A DNA stretch of 58,207 nucleotides, taken from the IMG/VR virus record IMGVR_UViG_3300029267_000807, positions 1 through 58,207 of that record; one strand, written 5' to 3'. The position numbers and the translations under genes were made by a program. The DNA is from a virus (Duplodnaviria; Caudoviricetes). How positions within the stretch are numbered: position 1 is the first letter of the stretch; each line of letters opens with the position of its first letter. Positions 1 to 8,126 of the stretch are shown piece after piece. Below the pieces are notes generated by a model. The model saw nothing but the letters and a program-made list of their open reading frames with translations. It had not been told where the DNA came from and ran no database searches.

Positions 1-58
1 GCTTTGGGGCTGGACGAAGCCCCTTCATTGAAGGGACCCGTCCATGACAACGGTCTTT
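1..58. repeat. Terminal direct repeat (copy 1), circular assembly overlap
   Basis: Bases 1-58 are identical to 58150-58207. Confidence 0.95.
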
Positions 59-133
59 TTCTTGTCTATTCGATTCGCCTTTTGTTTCTCTTTGATTCCC
101 CGTCTTCCGTCGGTTGTCCAGGCCGACATGCAT

Positions 134-162
134 AGTATATCATCTTCCCCGATCGCTGTCAA
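134..162 (-). promoter_or_regulatory. Sigma70-type promoter reading across the origin into the replication operon
   Basis: Minus strand TTGACA-N17-TATACT with an extended -10 TG. Confidence 0.8.
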
Positions 163-331
163 CTTTTGAAGCAAGTTGACAGGACCCGACGATTACAGCC
201 GCACATGGCGCAACGATCAGGAACGTTATCATGGCCTTTCCCCGGTCCCGGGTCAGTTCCCAGTACAGCCATGCGGCGGCGGACGAAACAAGGATCGTAA
301 TGACAAGGTTTGCGATCAGCTTCGCTTTCAT
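140..331 (-). CDS. Small membrane protein (2 TM)
   Basis: MKAKLIANLVITILVSSAAAWLYW...AMITFLIVAPCAAVIVG; start overlaps upstream stop. Confidence 0.65.
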   Translation of the reverse strand: MKAKLIANLVITILVSSAAAWLYWELTRDRGKAMITFLIVAPCAAVIVGSCQLASKVDSDRGR

Positions 332-573
332 TCTCTCATTCCTTCCATAAGTCGCTCGAATTCCATGCGCTTGCGGGTCAGATCGGATCCGACGGCAAAC
401 GCAAGGATCGCAAGGTTCGCGATCTGTTGTGGATCCAGGCGGAACTTTGGGGAAGCCGCAACCGCATAGGTCCATGCGGCGATTTCTTCGGCTTCCCCCC
501 GGAATTCCTTTAGGACGTCTTCCAGCCGGGTTTCGGAAAAGCGTCTGAAGAAGTCCGGATCAAGCTTCGGCAT
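328..573 (-). CDS. Hypothetical protein
   Basis: MPKLDPDFF...; coupled to neighbouring genes. Confidence 0.6.
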   Translation of the reverse strand: MPKLDPDFFRRFSETRLEDVLKEFRGEAEEIAAWTYAVAASPKFRLDPQQIANLAILAFAVGSDLTRKRMEFERLMEGMRE

Positions 574-988
574 AGTGATCCCAGTCGACTTGTTCGCCCA
601 AGTCTTCGACCCAGTCGTCTTCCCCGAACGGGTCCAGGCGGGCGATTTCGTCTTCCATGCGGTCGACCCAGCATGTGCATTCCGCGGGCGGCGGCATTCC
701 TTCGGCGTCCAGGTTCCAGCCGCAACGGAAGCATTCGTCCCCTTCAGGGGAAACGGCAACGGACCCGCAACGGGGACAGCGACCCTTTTCGGCGCATTCC
801 GGACAGGGATCACAGTCGGTCAGCTTTCCGGGCGCAAGGGAAACCCCGGCTGGGCTGGGATCGTAAGAATAGCAGAACTGACCCCAACCTTCACAGTGTT
901 CACAGTGATCGGGCCATGCGATCGCGTAAGCTTCGCGCAAGGCTTCCCGGCGTTCCAGTTCGGCTTTGCATTCCAGCGAGTGATTCAC
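560..988 (-). CDS. Cys-rich zinc-finger protein (DnaJ-like CxxCxGxG)
   Basis: CEHCEGWG, CPECAEKG, CPRC, CFRC; AGAAAGG RBS. Confidence 0.75.
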   Translation of the reverse strand: MNHSLECKAELERREALREAYAIAWPDHCEHCEGWGQFCYSYDPSPAGVSLAPGKLTDCDPCPECAEKGRCPRCGSVAVSPEGDECFRCGWNLDAEGMPPPAECTCWVDRMEDEIARLDPFGEDDWVEDLGEQVDWDHYAEA

Positions 989-1000
989 GGCGCTTCCTTT

Positions 1001-1258
1001 CTAGGATAGCAAGGCGTATCCATGAAACAGGTCCCAGACAACGGGGACGCTGAAATCTGATCCGTCTTCGGTTGTGACAATGACAAGGCATTCGACCCGA
1101 TGGGGATTCAGGACCCGAACAAGCTTCCATTCGGTCGCGGTTACGTTCATGCCGGACTGTTCCCGGATCCCCTGTCCGGCGAAGCTTCGCATTTCCGCAA
1201 CGGCGCGGCGGGCGTCCAGGTCCGGGCTTGACTTTGTGTCCCCGCGACCCAGGGTCAT
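1001..1258 (-). CDS. Hypothetical protein
   Basis: Fills gap in operon; ATGA overlap with upstream gene. Confidence 0.6.
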   Translation of the reverse strand: MTLGRGDTKSSPDLDARRAVAEMRSFAGQGIREQSGMNVTATEWKLVRVLNPHRVECLVIVTTEDGSDFSVPVVWDLFHGYALLS

Positions 1259-1605
1259 GTCCCTGTCCCTTCGACTATGATCGCGGACGAAAAGTCCGAC
1301 AGGAAACAGCCGTCCGCCATGCGTTCGTGAATCACATTGACCCGGGCTTCGGCGTCTTCCAGCTTCAGCCCCTTACCGATCAGAACCTGGATAGCGGCGC
1401 GCGATCCGTGATACAGAAGGATTTCCGCCAGTCCCCGTTCGGAAAGCGGCGGGCTGGGCGGTCGCGGTAATCGCGCGTTACAGAATGGACAGGAATCGAT
1501 CGCGCTTGTCAGCCCGGGACCGAAACGAAGGACAACCCGTCCCGGTGTGACGTCCTGATTACATTCCGGACAGTGAACTTCCTTCAGCTTGACAGCCATT
1601 TTCAC
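1255..1605 (-). CDS. Zinc-ribbon protein
   Basis: CPEC...CPFC; AGAAAGG RBS. Confidence 0.7.
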   Translation of the reverse strand: MKMAVKLKEVHCPECNQDVTPGRVVLRFGPGLTSAIDSCPFCNARLPRPPSPPLSERGLAEILLYHGSRAAIQVLIGKGLKLEDAEARVNVIHERMADGCFLSDFSSAIIVEGTGT

Positions 1606-1612
1606 AACCTTT

Positions 1613-1816
1613 CTAGTAGGATTCCCCGGTCATGGTTCGCCCACAACCCGGGCATACCGATCGACCGTCCAGGTCATATCTTCCGCAAGTCGGGCATGGG
1701 CGGACCATTTCCCGGCGGGCGCGTTCTTCGGCGGCTTCCATAGGACAGCGATCGTCCGGTCCGGCGTTACAACCGAATTTCGAATTGAACTTACAACCCG
1801 AACAGCCCATTTTCAC
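1613..1816 (-). CDS. Small Cys-rich zinc-finger protein
   Basis: CSGC, CPTC, CPGC; RBS follows a hairpin. Confidence 0.65.
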   Translation of the reverse strand: MKMGCSGCKFNSKFGCNAGPDDRCPMEAAEERARREMVRPCPTCGRYDLDGRSVCPGCGRTMTGESY

Positions 1817-1825
1817 AACCTTTCT

Positions 1826-1845
1826 GGGGACCCTTGCGGGTCCCC
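1826..1845 (-). repeat. Intergenic GGGGACCC-GNAA-GGGTCCCC hairpin (other copies 2373-2392, 2742-2763, 9012-9031, 21763-21784, 45056-45077)
   Basis: Perfect 8-9 bp stem with GCAA/GAAA loop, mostly between a stop codon and the next RBS. Confidence 0.85.
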
Positions 1846-1850
1846 TTTCT

Positions 1851-2069
1851 TCAGCGGACCCAGGTTCCGCGGACCAACAAAGCCCGACAGTTCGGGCATT
1901 GAAAGGCCCCAACCCCGGGTCGATAGTAAGCGGTCCCCCCGCAAAGGCCACATGTGCGGGTCCCGGCGTCTTCGGCGTCCTGGGCTTCCAGGCGCGCTAA
2001 CGCGCGTTCCCCCGGGTCCGGTTCGGTCGAATGAAGGTTATTCCAGCGTTTCGCCCATGGGTTATTCAT
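1851..2069 (-). CDS. Zinc-ribbon protein
   Basis: CGLC...CPNC; GAAAGG RBS. Confidence 0.7.
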   Translation of the reverse strand: MNNPWAKRWNNLHSTEPDPGERALARLEAQDAEDAGTRTCGLCGGTAYYRPGVGAFQCPNCRALLVRGTWVR

Positions 2070-2082
2070 GACTTCAGTCCTT

Positions 2083-2355
2083 TCAGCGGCTTACCGGGCA
2101 AAAGTTGAACTGTCTGATCCAGCTTTTCAGCGGGCGAACGATTTCGCCGTCTTTGAAGAACCCCCCGAAGTCCCGATACGTTTGTTCCCCCCAGGTCGAC
2201 GATCGCGGCTTTCGGTCATGAACCTGGAACCGGGCTTCCCCGAAGGTTACGAAATAGGTCACGATCTTCCCCGGATTGTCCCGGCTGATTTCCCGGGCGG
2301 CGGCTTCCAGTTCTTTTATATTCTTTACGTCCGGGCGCGCGATCTGCTTCGGCAT
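2083..2355 (-). CDS. Hypothetical early protein
   Basis: 90 aa ORF with RBS after a hairpin. Confidence 0.7.
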   Translation of the reverse strand: MPKQIARPDVKNIKELEAAAREISRDNPGKIVTYFVTFGEARFQVHDRKPRSSTWGEQTYRDFGGFFKDGEIVRPLKSWIRQFNFCPVSR

Positions 2356-2402
2356 TTCCTGAATCCCTTCCTGGGGACCCTTGCGGGTCCCCCTTTCGAA
2401 TT

Positions 2403-2630
2403 CTAGCGGTCCCAGTCGACGACGCGTTCGCCGTGAACGACGACGATGTCGCCGATGTGATACGGATAGGGGATTTCAAGGCCGATGACCTTGACTTGAA
2501 CGTCGTTCCCGGGCATAACCCGAAGGACCCGGGCGCAAGCTTTCACGAATCCCCGTCCGGTCGCAAGTTCGACCGTGACAAGGTCCCCAGCCTGAAGGTC
2601 TTCCCGATTCCGGACTTCTGTCTTCCCCAT
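2403..2630 (-). CDS. Small beta-rich (SH3/KOW-like) protein
   Basis: DLQAGDLVTV...HIGDIVVV; first gene after promoter 2685-2713. Confidence 0.6.
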   Translation of the reverse strand: MGKTEVRNREDLQAGDLVTVELATGRGFVKACARVLRVMPGNDVQVKVIGLEIPYPYHIGDIVVVHGERVVDWDR

Positions 2631-2684
2631 TTTCGGACCCCTTTCCGGGCTTTCGCCCCTATGAATCCCCCCAGCCACGTCCTT

Positions 2685-2770
2685 ATTATAGCATAGTTCT
2701 AGACACTTGTCAAGGGGGATTCACATGACTTTCACGTAAAAGGGGGACCCTTTCGGGTCCCCCTGGGGGA
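2685..2770 (-). promoter_or_regulatory. Repeated terminator+promoter cassette A
   Basis: Hairpin+T run, CGTGAA..GTGAATCCCCC, TTGACA(2708-2713)-N17-TATAAT(2685-2690). Confidence 0.9.
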
Positions 2771-2772
2771 CT

Positions 2773-3306
2773 TCAGTGTTTCCAGCCCCCGATTTCGACC
2801 CGCCAAATGGATCCGGCGGCTTGAAATATGATATATCCATGCATTTGAAGGTGAACCAGGATCCGGAAAATCTTGTTGATATCGTCGTTCGTGCTATGCT
2901 TGTTCCCGGCTTCCCAGACGTCGAACGTCCGCCAGCGGCGATCGGCGGTTATGCTATAGCCCGAACGGTCGCGGACGATCGGTTCGACCATTTTCCAAAG
3001 GGCTTCGGTTGGCATACAGTGAACGAAGTCAAAGTCCCCGTATGGCTTGAAGTACAGGCGATCCGGCGATTCGATCCAGGTTTCCGGGACCTTGACAAGT
3101 TCGTCCCCGCGGGCTTCGTATCGGGTTATGTTCCGTCCCCAGTCCAGGACGTTCCAGGCGATCGCCCATTCCTGAACCTGTTTCGAATAGCGGCGGCGAT
3201 CGATCGGGCGAATCGAACCCATGGCGCGCTTTTCCAGAAGGCGAACGATCTGTTCGATTTCGCCGTCTGTGAAATTGTAAACTGAAAATCTGTTTCCGGT
3301 TTGCAT
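2773..3306 (-). CDS. Hypothetical early protein
   Basis: MQTGNRFS...; sole gene between cassettes B and A. Confidence 0.75.
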   Translation of the reverse strand: MQTGNRFSVYNFTDGEIEQIVRLLEKRAMGSIRPIDRRRYSKQVQEWAIAWNVLDWGRNITRYEARGDELVKVPETWIESPDRLYFKPYGDFDFVHCMPTEALWKMVEPIVRDRSGYSITADRRWRTFDVWEAGNKHSTNDDINKIFRILVHLQMHGYIIFQAAGSIWRVEIGGWKH

Positions 3307-3343
3307 CGGGCTTCCTTTCGACTGTATCCCCCCGGACAACTAC

Positions 3344-3396
3344 AGTATAGCATATTGCTATGACTTTGTCAAGGGGGATTCACGAAAGGTTCACGA
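3344..3396 (-). promoter_or_regulatory. Repeated promoter cassette B
   Basis: CGTGAA-N5-CGTGAATCCCCC-TTGACA-N17-TATACT. Confidence 0.9.
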
Positions 3397-4251
3397 ATCG
3401 AATTCGTGAAAGACGACGTCCCGAATGCCCCGGGAAAGTTCCCCGGAATCGATCAGCTTCTGGACGTCTTTGATCAGGTTGTGAAGGGTCCATGCCATGT
3501 CTTCGAATCCGGCTGAACAGTCGCGACAGTGATTCGGCGCAAGTGTTCCCCCACAAAGGGGACAGGGGGGAAGCAAGTTCGCGTTTGGGTCCGGTTTCTT
3601 GACGTCGGGAAGTTCTGGCGGCGCGTCGTCTTTCGGGTTGTATTTCGTCTTTGCGGCGATCAAGTCGGCGTCGTTTCGCGCGTCCTTCGGATCGGCCCAG
3701 TCTAGTTCAACCTGTTCCGGAAGGGACAAAGCCGCGACCTTTTCGTTCGCGCGGACGAAATGATAGAAGACATTCGACGAACCCAGAAGGGGGACTTCGA
3801 TCGCGGTTCCGATCAGTTCTTCCCCGGCGCGCTGTCTTTCGATCAGGGAAAGGTAAAAGTCCTGTTTTTCCGGGTCCAGGTTGGCAACATGCTTATGGTA
3901 AGTCCATTTTATGACCGACGGGTCCCGGCGAACCCATTTCGGGACATGCTTCGCGACATGCTTGTATTTCGTTACAGCGTCGTATTCATGCCCAGTGAAT
4001 TCCATGGCGTTCGCATGTTCGTCCCCGAAGGCTTCGCCCATGATCATCCAGTCCCCGACGACCCAGGGCATGGTTTCGATCATTCGCATAAGGGACTGTC
4101 CGAATGCTTCCCATTCTTCCAGGCTGGGCGGGCGATCGGCTTCCAACCCGATCGGCGTGATATGAAACGGGTTTTCAACCTCTTCGGACTTGTCGAACTG
4201 GGCTTCCAGGGACTGAAGTTCGACGGCTTCGGTTGCGGTCAGTGGTTCCAT
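3391..4251 (-). CDS. LmbU-like DNA-binding protein with C-terminal zinc finger
   Basis: EEWEAFG...WVVGDW...YKHVA...RR...WTYHKHVA pattern; CPLC/CRDC. Confidence 0.6.
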   Translation of the reverse strand: MEPLTATEAVELQSLEAQFDKSEEVENPFHITPIGLEADRPPSLEEWEAFGQSLMRMIETMPWVVGDWMIMGEAFGDEHANAMEFTGHEYDAVTKYKHVAKHVPKWVRRDPSVIKWTYHKHVANLDPEKQDFYLSLIERQRAGEELIGTAIEVPLLGSSNVFYHFVRANEKVAALSLPEQVELDWADPKDARNDADLIAAKTKYNPKDDAPPELPDVKKPDPNANLLPPCPLCGGTLAPNHCRDCSAGFEDMAWTLHNLIKDVQKLIDSGELSRGIRDVVFHEFDS

Positions 4252-4589
4252 GTAAGGGCTTCCTTTGACAACAGGTCTTCGACGGCGATATAGAATTCCA
4301 GCCAGCTTGACGCGACAATGTATCGGTTGCTATAGCAGAACAGCGGGCGGTTCATTTCGAACCATTCCATTTGTGATTCGGTTCGCTTCCCCGTTGGGGA
4401 CTTGGCTTCGAACCAAATGAGGATCGGCGTGGATCGTCCGTCATGGGCTGGGACCCCGAACAGAAGATCCGGGACCCCAGTCAGTCCGGACGGCATGCGG
4501 CGGCGGTCGCTAAAGTCGGCGACAACGATCCAGCCGCAACGTTCGACAACGGTTTCTTTCACGAATGCGCGGAATTCAGCCTCAGTCAT
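4239..4589 (-). CDS. VRR-NUC (PD-(D/E)xK) nuclease
   Basis: GVPDL...WFEAKSPTGKRTESQMEW. Confidence 0.85.
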   Translation of the reverse strand: MTEAEFRAFVKETVVERCGWIVVADFSDRRRMPSGLTGVPDLLFGVPAHDGRSTPILIWFEAKSPTGKRTESQMEWFEMNRPLFCYSNRYIVASSWLEFYIAVEDLLSKEALTWNH

Positions 4590-5316
4590 CTTCCAGCCCC
4601 AGGTTTTCTTTCAGCGCGCGAAGCGTTTCATGGTCTTGCCATTTGTGGCAACGTTCCGCGAATTCCGTCAACAGCCGACAACAGCCGTCCAGATCCAGTT
4701 CTTCGAAGGCTTCGAATTCGGGACACATGCCGGGACAGGTCGACCCGCCATGACGAAGGCAAACCCAGCCGTTTATGATCGACTTACAGTTCGGCGGTTC
4801 TTTGTGCATGTCCGCGACGAAAGCCGCCATGTTCGCTTGCTGTTCCCGGATCCGGGTTTCGATTTCTTCATGGGTTGGCGCTGGGATTTCGTCAAGGGCT
4901 TTCTTCAGGGCTTCCCAGTCCCCTTGATCGAATTCGATCTTGACGTCGACGTCGATATACTGGGCATTTACTTCTTTTCGCGCGTCTTCGATCGGGACAA
5001 GATACGACTTCTGTTCTTCCCTGTCGACAACGATCGCATGGGTCGCGAAGTTGTCGGACGTCCCGATCGCTTCCTTATGGACCTTCGACAGTCGACAGGC
5101 GCGTTTCAGGGCGCTTTCGTTTCTCGGGTCCGCCAACAGGAACAAAAAGCTTTGCCAGTCGGCCCCGCATACGGAAACAAGCCCGTCTTCGAAAACGGTT
5201 TCGTCCCCGGCGGGCGTCCAGTACAGCATGACAAGCCTGGACGATCCTTCATATCCCAGGGCTTTCCAAAAACTGACAGGGACCCTAAACCCGGGCATTC
5301 GGACGGCGTTCTTCAT
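4582..5316 (-). CDS. Hypothetical protein with Cys-rich C-terminus
   Basis: ORF with AGAAAGG RBS, overlapping neighbours. Confidence 0.7.
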   Translation of the reverse strand: MKNAVRMPGFRVPVSFWKALGYEGSSRLVMLYWTPAGDETVFEDGLVSVCGADWQSFLFLLADPRNESALKRACRLSKVHKEAIGTSDNFATHAIVVDREEQKSYLVPIEDARKEVNAQYIDVDVKIEFDQGDWEALKKALDEIPAPTHEEIETRIREQQANMAAFVADMHKEPPNCKSIINGWVCLRHGGSTCPGMCPEFEAFEELDLDGCCRLLTEFAERCHKWQDHETLRALKENLGLEDD

Positions 5317-5504
5317 GACGCTTCCTTTCTGGCGGTCAGCCAAAGAATGAACGGAACGGTTACGATCGCGGCGATTACCATGAAGGTCATTCGCGCGGCT
5401 GGGTCCTGAATGTTCAGGATATCCATGGTCGCGGATATGATGATCCCCATGGCGAAGGTTGCGGCGATCCCGGCGATTCCAAGTCGTGCTATTGCGTTTT
5501 TCAT
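5313..5504 (-). CDS. Small membrane protein (2 TM)
   Basis: Two hydrophobic helices; RBS. Confidence 0.7.
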   Translation of the reverse strand: MKNAIARLGIAGIAATFAMGIIISATMDILNIQDPAARMTFMVIAAIVTVPFILWLTARKEAS

Positions 5505-5516
5505 GCTGTTCCCTTT

Positions 5517-5900
5517 CTAGAATGGAATGCTGTTGTCTTCGACGAATCCGGCGGGCTGAAGCGGCGAATGTTCGTAAACGGCGATTTCAAGGGCATGGTC
5601 CCCGGAACAGATCGGGCAAAGCTTCCGGCTTTCCCCCCGGGACTTTAGAACGAATTCCAGGGACTGATCGACATTGTCCCATGTGCGGGCGATTTCGAAC
5701 GTGATCCCCTGGGCTTCGGCGGCGGCGGTCAGCGCGGATCCATGACCATTCAAATGCTGGGCGAATCGCGCGTCGACCGGGCGTTCCGTAAATCCGATGT
5801 AATGCCGACAATGCTTGTATGGACGGCTGAAGTGTAGAAGGTAAACCGTCCCCGGCTTGTCAGCCCAGTTTATGTCAGCCTTGCGGAATTTCGACGGCAT
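5517..5900 (-). CDS. GIY-YIG family endonuclease
   Basis: GTVYLLH...HYIGFT...RFAQHLNG...E; C-terminal CPIC. Confidence 0.85.
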   Translation of the reverse strand: MPSKFRKADINWADKPGTVYLLHFSRPYKHCRHYIGFTERPVDARFAQHLNGHGSALTAAAEAQGITFEIARTWDNVDQSLEFVLKSRGESRKLCPICSGDHALEIAVYEHSPLQPAGFVEDNSIPF

Positions 5901-6087
5901 TGTCTGACCCTTTCGTCTTATGAACGATCATGTCCGGGCGGACCCAGGACCCGATCGTTCTAGTCTCTTCGACCGTGTAAACCCCAAAGCCCAACAATTC
6001 CGGATCCCAGTAAACGACGCAAGGGACCCCGCGGGCTTCGGCTTCCTGGACGGCTTCGCGAAAGGTCGCGGAAACAAGCTGGGTCAT
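5875..6087 (-). CDS. Hypothetical protein
   Basis: 70 aa coupled ORF. Confidence 0.6.
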   Translation of the reverse strand: MTQLVSATFREAVQEAEARGVPCVVYWDPELLGFGVYTVEETRTIGSWVRPDMIVHKTKGSDNAVEIPQG

Positions 6088-6338
6088 GATCGCCGAACCT
6101 GTTCAGCGATCGCGACCGTCTTCCCCGCATAGGTCAGCATGTGGACCTTGCGTTCGGCGACTTCCATGGGGAATCCGACGACCCGGGTCCCCATATAATC
6201 GCGAATCGGGCATTCCAGCCAGCGGGCGACCTTTTCGGCGTCTTCAGCGAAGGTTTCCAGGAAGCGACCGTCCGAAACGAACAGGACGTCGGACCGGACA
6301 TTTACGCGAACCTGAAGCCATTGTTCCAAAGCTTTCAT
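6084..6338 (-). CDS. Stand-alone MutS domain I (mismatch-recognition) protein
   Basis: VLFVSDGRFLETFAEDAEKVARWL...VVGFP...LTYAGKTVAIAEQ matches the MutS N-terminal pattern (GDFYELF.EDA...GFP...G.KVAI.EQ). Confidence 0.8.
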   Translation of the reverse strand: MKALEQWLQVRVNVRSDVLFVSDGRFLETFAEDAEKVARWLECPIRDYMGTRVVGFPMEVAERKVHMLTYAGKTVAIAEQVRRS

Positions 6339-6339
6339 G

Positions 6340-6513
6340 CTAGTATCGGACCCTTTCTTCCGTCCCGGGCGAATCTTCCCATTCGTAAAAGTCGATTTCT
6401 TCCCCGGCTTCGTTCAGGACGGCGATCCCGTAATGGCATGTTTCAAGCGTAAAGTCGATCGACGGGAATCTTCGGCGGGCTTCCTGTTCGACGTATCGGA
6501 AGAAATCGTTCAT
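6340..6513 (-). CDS. Hypothetical protein
   Basis: MNDFFRYVE...; ATGA overlap. Confidence 0.55.
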   Translation of the reverse strand: MNDFFRYVEQEARRRFPSIDFTLETCHYGIAVLNEAGEEIDFYEWEDSPGTEERVRY

Positions 6514-6842
6514 GCCCAGACGTCCCGATCGTCGGAAAGTTCGGGTCCGTTTACCGCAAAGGCCCCGGCGCTTGTCTGTCGAACATAGCAAAGCCGGAAA
6601 TGCGGCTTCCCGAACATGGCGGGCCATTCCGCGGAAATCCAGGAAACATGCGGGCGAAAATTCGGCTCGGACGTATCGCCGAACTGTCGAAAGTCGACCG
6701 GGCGAATCGTCGGATCCGCGTATCCCCGGACCCGGACCCCCAGGACGAACAGCCCGTTCGGAAGCCGATCCAGGGCTTCGCGAACCTGGGCGCGGATCTG
6801 TTCCTTCTGTTCCTTCGTGGCTTCGGGTGGATAGACAAGCAT
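6510..6842 (-). CDS. Hypothetical protein
   Basis: MLVYPPEAT...; GGAAAGG RBS after promoter. Confidence 0.7.
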   Translation of the reverse strand: MLVYPPEATKEQKEQIRAQVREALDRLPNGLFVLGVRVRGYADPTIRPVDFRQFGDTSEPNFRPHVSWISAEWPAMFGKPHFRLCYVRQTSAGAFAVNGPELSDDRDVWA

Positions 6843-6867
6843 TTCGTTTCCTTTCCGGGCTGTCCCC

Positions 6868-6896
6868 ATTGTATCATAGGGGACAGCCCCTGTCAA
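6868..6896 (-). promoter_or_regulatory. Promoter with inverted repeat around the -10 box
   Basis: TTGACA-N17-TACAAT; gggctgtcccc...ggggacagccc IR at 6857-6889. Confidence 0.8.
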
Positions 6897-6913
6897 TTTC
6901 CCCTGGGGGAAGA

Positions 6914-7312
6914 TTACAATTCGACCTTTTCCCCGTTCTCTTCGACCCAGTCGGCGGACAGTTCAAGCGTATCTTCCCCCCCGGTCATCATATAGAACTG
7001 AATCCGGCTGAAGGTGTCGAATGCGGCGTCGTGAAACGTGAAGTCGTGAACCTGTTCCGGCGTCCAGGTTTCCCGAATCGCTTCCTGGGCGGCTTTCATG
7101 CGGTCCCATTGATCCTTCTGGGTTTCTTCTGAACACTGGCTGATTACGAATGCGGCTGAACGGGCGGCGGCTTTCGCGTCGACCCCTTCCCGGTCCTGTT
7201 CCGTAAAGCTTACGGCGATTGAAACGATTTCCTGGACCCAGGCGATCGCGACCCGGTCATAACCCTGTTTCGCGGCTTCGTATGCCCTTGCTGTCAAGCT
7301 TTTGTAGTCCAT
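6914..7312 (-). CDS. Hypothetical early protein
   Basis: MDYKSLTARAY...; RBS; follows cassette C. Confidence 0.75.
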   Translation of the reverse strand: MDYKSLTARAYEAAKQGYDRVAIAWVQEIVSIAVSFTEQDREGVDAKAAARSAAFVISQCSEETQKDQWDRMKAAQEAIRETWTPEQVHDFTFHDAAFDTFSRIQFYMMTGGEDTLELSADWVEENGEKVEL

Positions 7313-7356
7313 TTTCAGTCCCTTTCTTTGTCTGAATTCCCCCGCGCGACAACTAC

Positions 7357-7450
7357 AGTATAGCATAGTTCTAGAATCTTGTCAAGGGGGATTCACGTCA
7401 ATTTCACGTAAAGGGGGGACGAATCCGAAGATTCGTCCCCCTGGGGGGAA
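7357..7450 (-). promoter_or_regulatory. Repeated terminator+promoter cassette C
   Basis: GGGGACGAATC hairpin+T run, CGTGAA repeats, TTGACA-N17-TATACT. Confidence 0.9.
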
Positions 7451-7451
7451 T

Positions 7452-7664
7452 TCAGGAAAAGATCGGAAGCTTGCGGCGTTCGCAAGTCGGGCAAAGCGTA
7501 CAACCTTCGGGGATTTCGTCGACGCGGACCCAGCCCGGGTCCCGGGTTGCCTGTCCCCCGCAAAGGGACTTGGGGAAGGGGAACGGGCGGCGATCGAAGT
7601 TGTCCTTCGTGATCAAGTGAACCTTCGATCCGGTCGCGGTCTTGACGTAATAGTATCCTTCCAT
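7452..7664 (-). CDS. Small Zn-binding protein
   Basis: KVHL...LCG...CPTC; AGAAAGG RBS. Confidence 0.7.
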   Translation of the reverse strand: MEGYYYVKTATGSKVHLITKDNFDRRPFPFPKSLCGGQATRDPGWVRVDEIPEGCTLCPTCERRKLPIFS

Positions 7665-7677
7665 GGACCCGTCCTTT

Positions 7678-7914
7678 CTATAGGGCATGTTCGTCCCCGG
7701 CGCATTGTTCACAAAAGCTTTCTGGATATGCGACGAACGATTCAGCCGTTTTCCGGGTCCTATGGTTACAAAGGGACCCATGGACCGTGCAAAGCGTTAC
7801 CCAGCGTCCCCCGGCTGAATCAAAGACGCATTCGGGCGCGGACGTATCGATCAAGGCGACCCGGGTCCCGGTCCGGCGATTCTTTCGAATGTAAACGATC
7901 CCGTCTTCGGTCAT
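7678..7914 (-). CDS. Small Zn-binding protein
   Basis: WVTLCTVHG...FCEQC. Confidence 0.7.
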   Translation of the reverse strand: MTEDGIVYIRKNRRTGTRVALIDTSAPECVFDSAGGRWVTLCTVHGSLCNHRTRKTAESFVAYPESFCEQCAGDEHAL

Positions 7915-8126
7915 GACAGTCCGTCCAGGCGGGCATAAAACGGGCGATTCAGTTCGGTCATGCGGTCCTTCAGTTCGACGATATCGCTTCGGGGACCGAC
8001 ACAAACAAGCTGTCGAACTTCAGTGAACAGCCCTTCCGGATATGCGACAGGCGTCGAATACTTTAGTCGGATTCGATATAGCCCGTAAACGGATCCCTTT
8101 GGCGCGGCGTCCCATTTCGGCTTCAT
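7911..8126 (-). CDS. Hypothetical protein
   Basis: Coupled 71 aa ORF. Confidence 0.6.
   Translation of the reverse strand: MKPKWDAAPKGSVYGLYRIRLKYSTPVAYPEGLFTEVRQLVCVGPRSDIVELKDRMTELNRPFYARLDGLS

Noticed and set aside
4402-5409. Long antisense ORFs (also 13453-14556, 16720-17739, 19989-21002)
   Set aside because: Shadow frames of real genes in GC-rich DNA; no motifs or RBS
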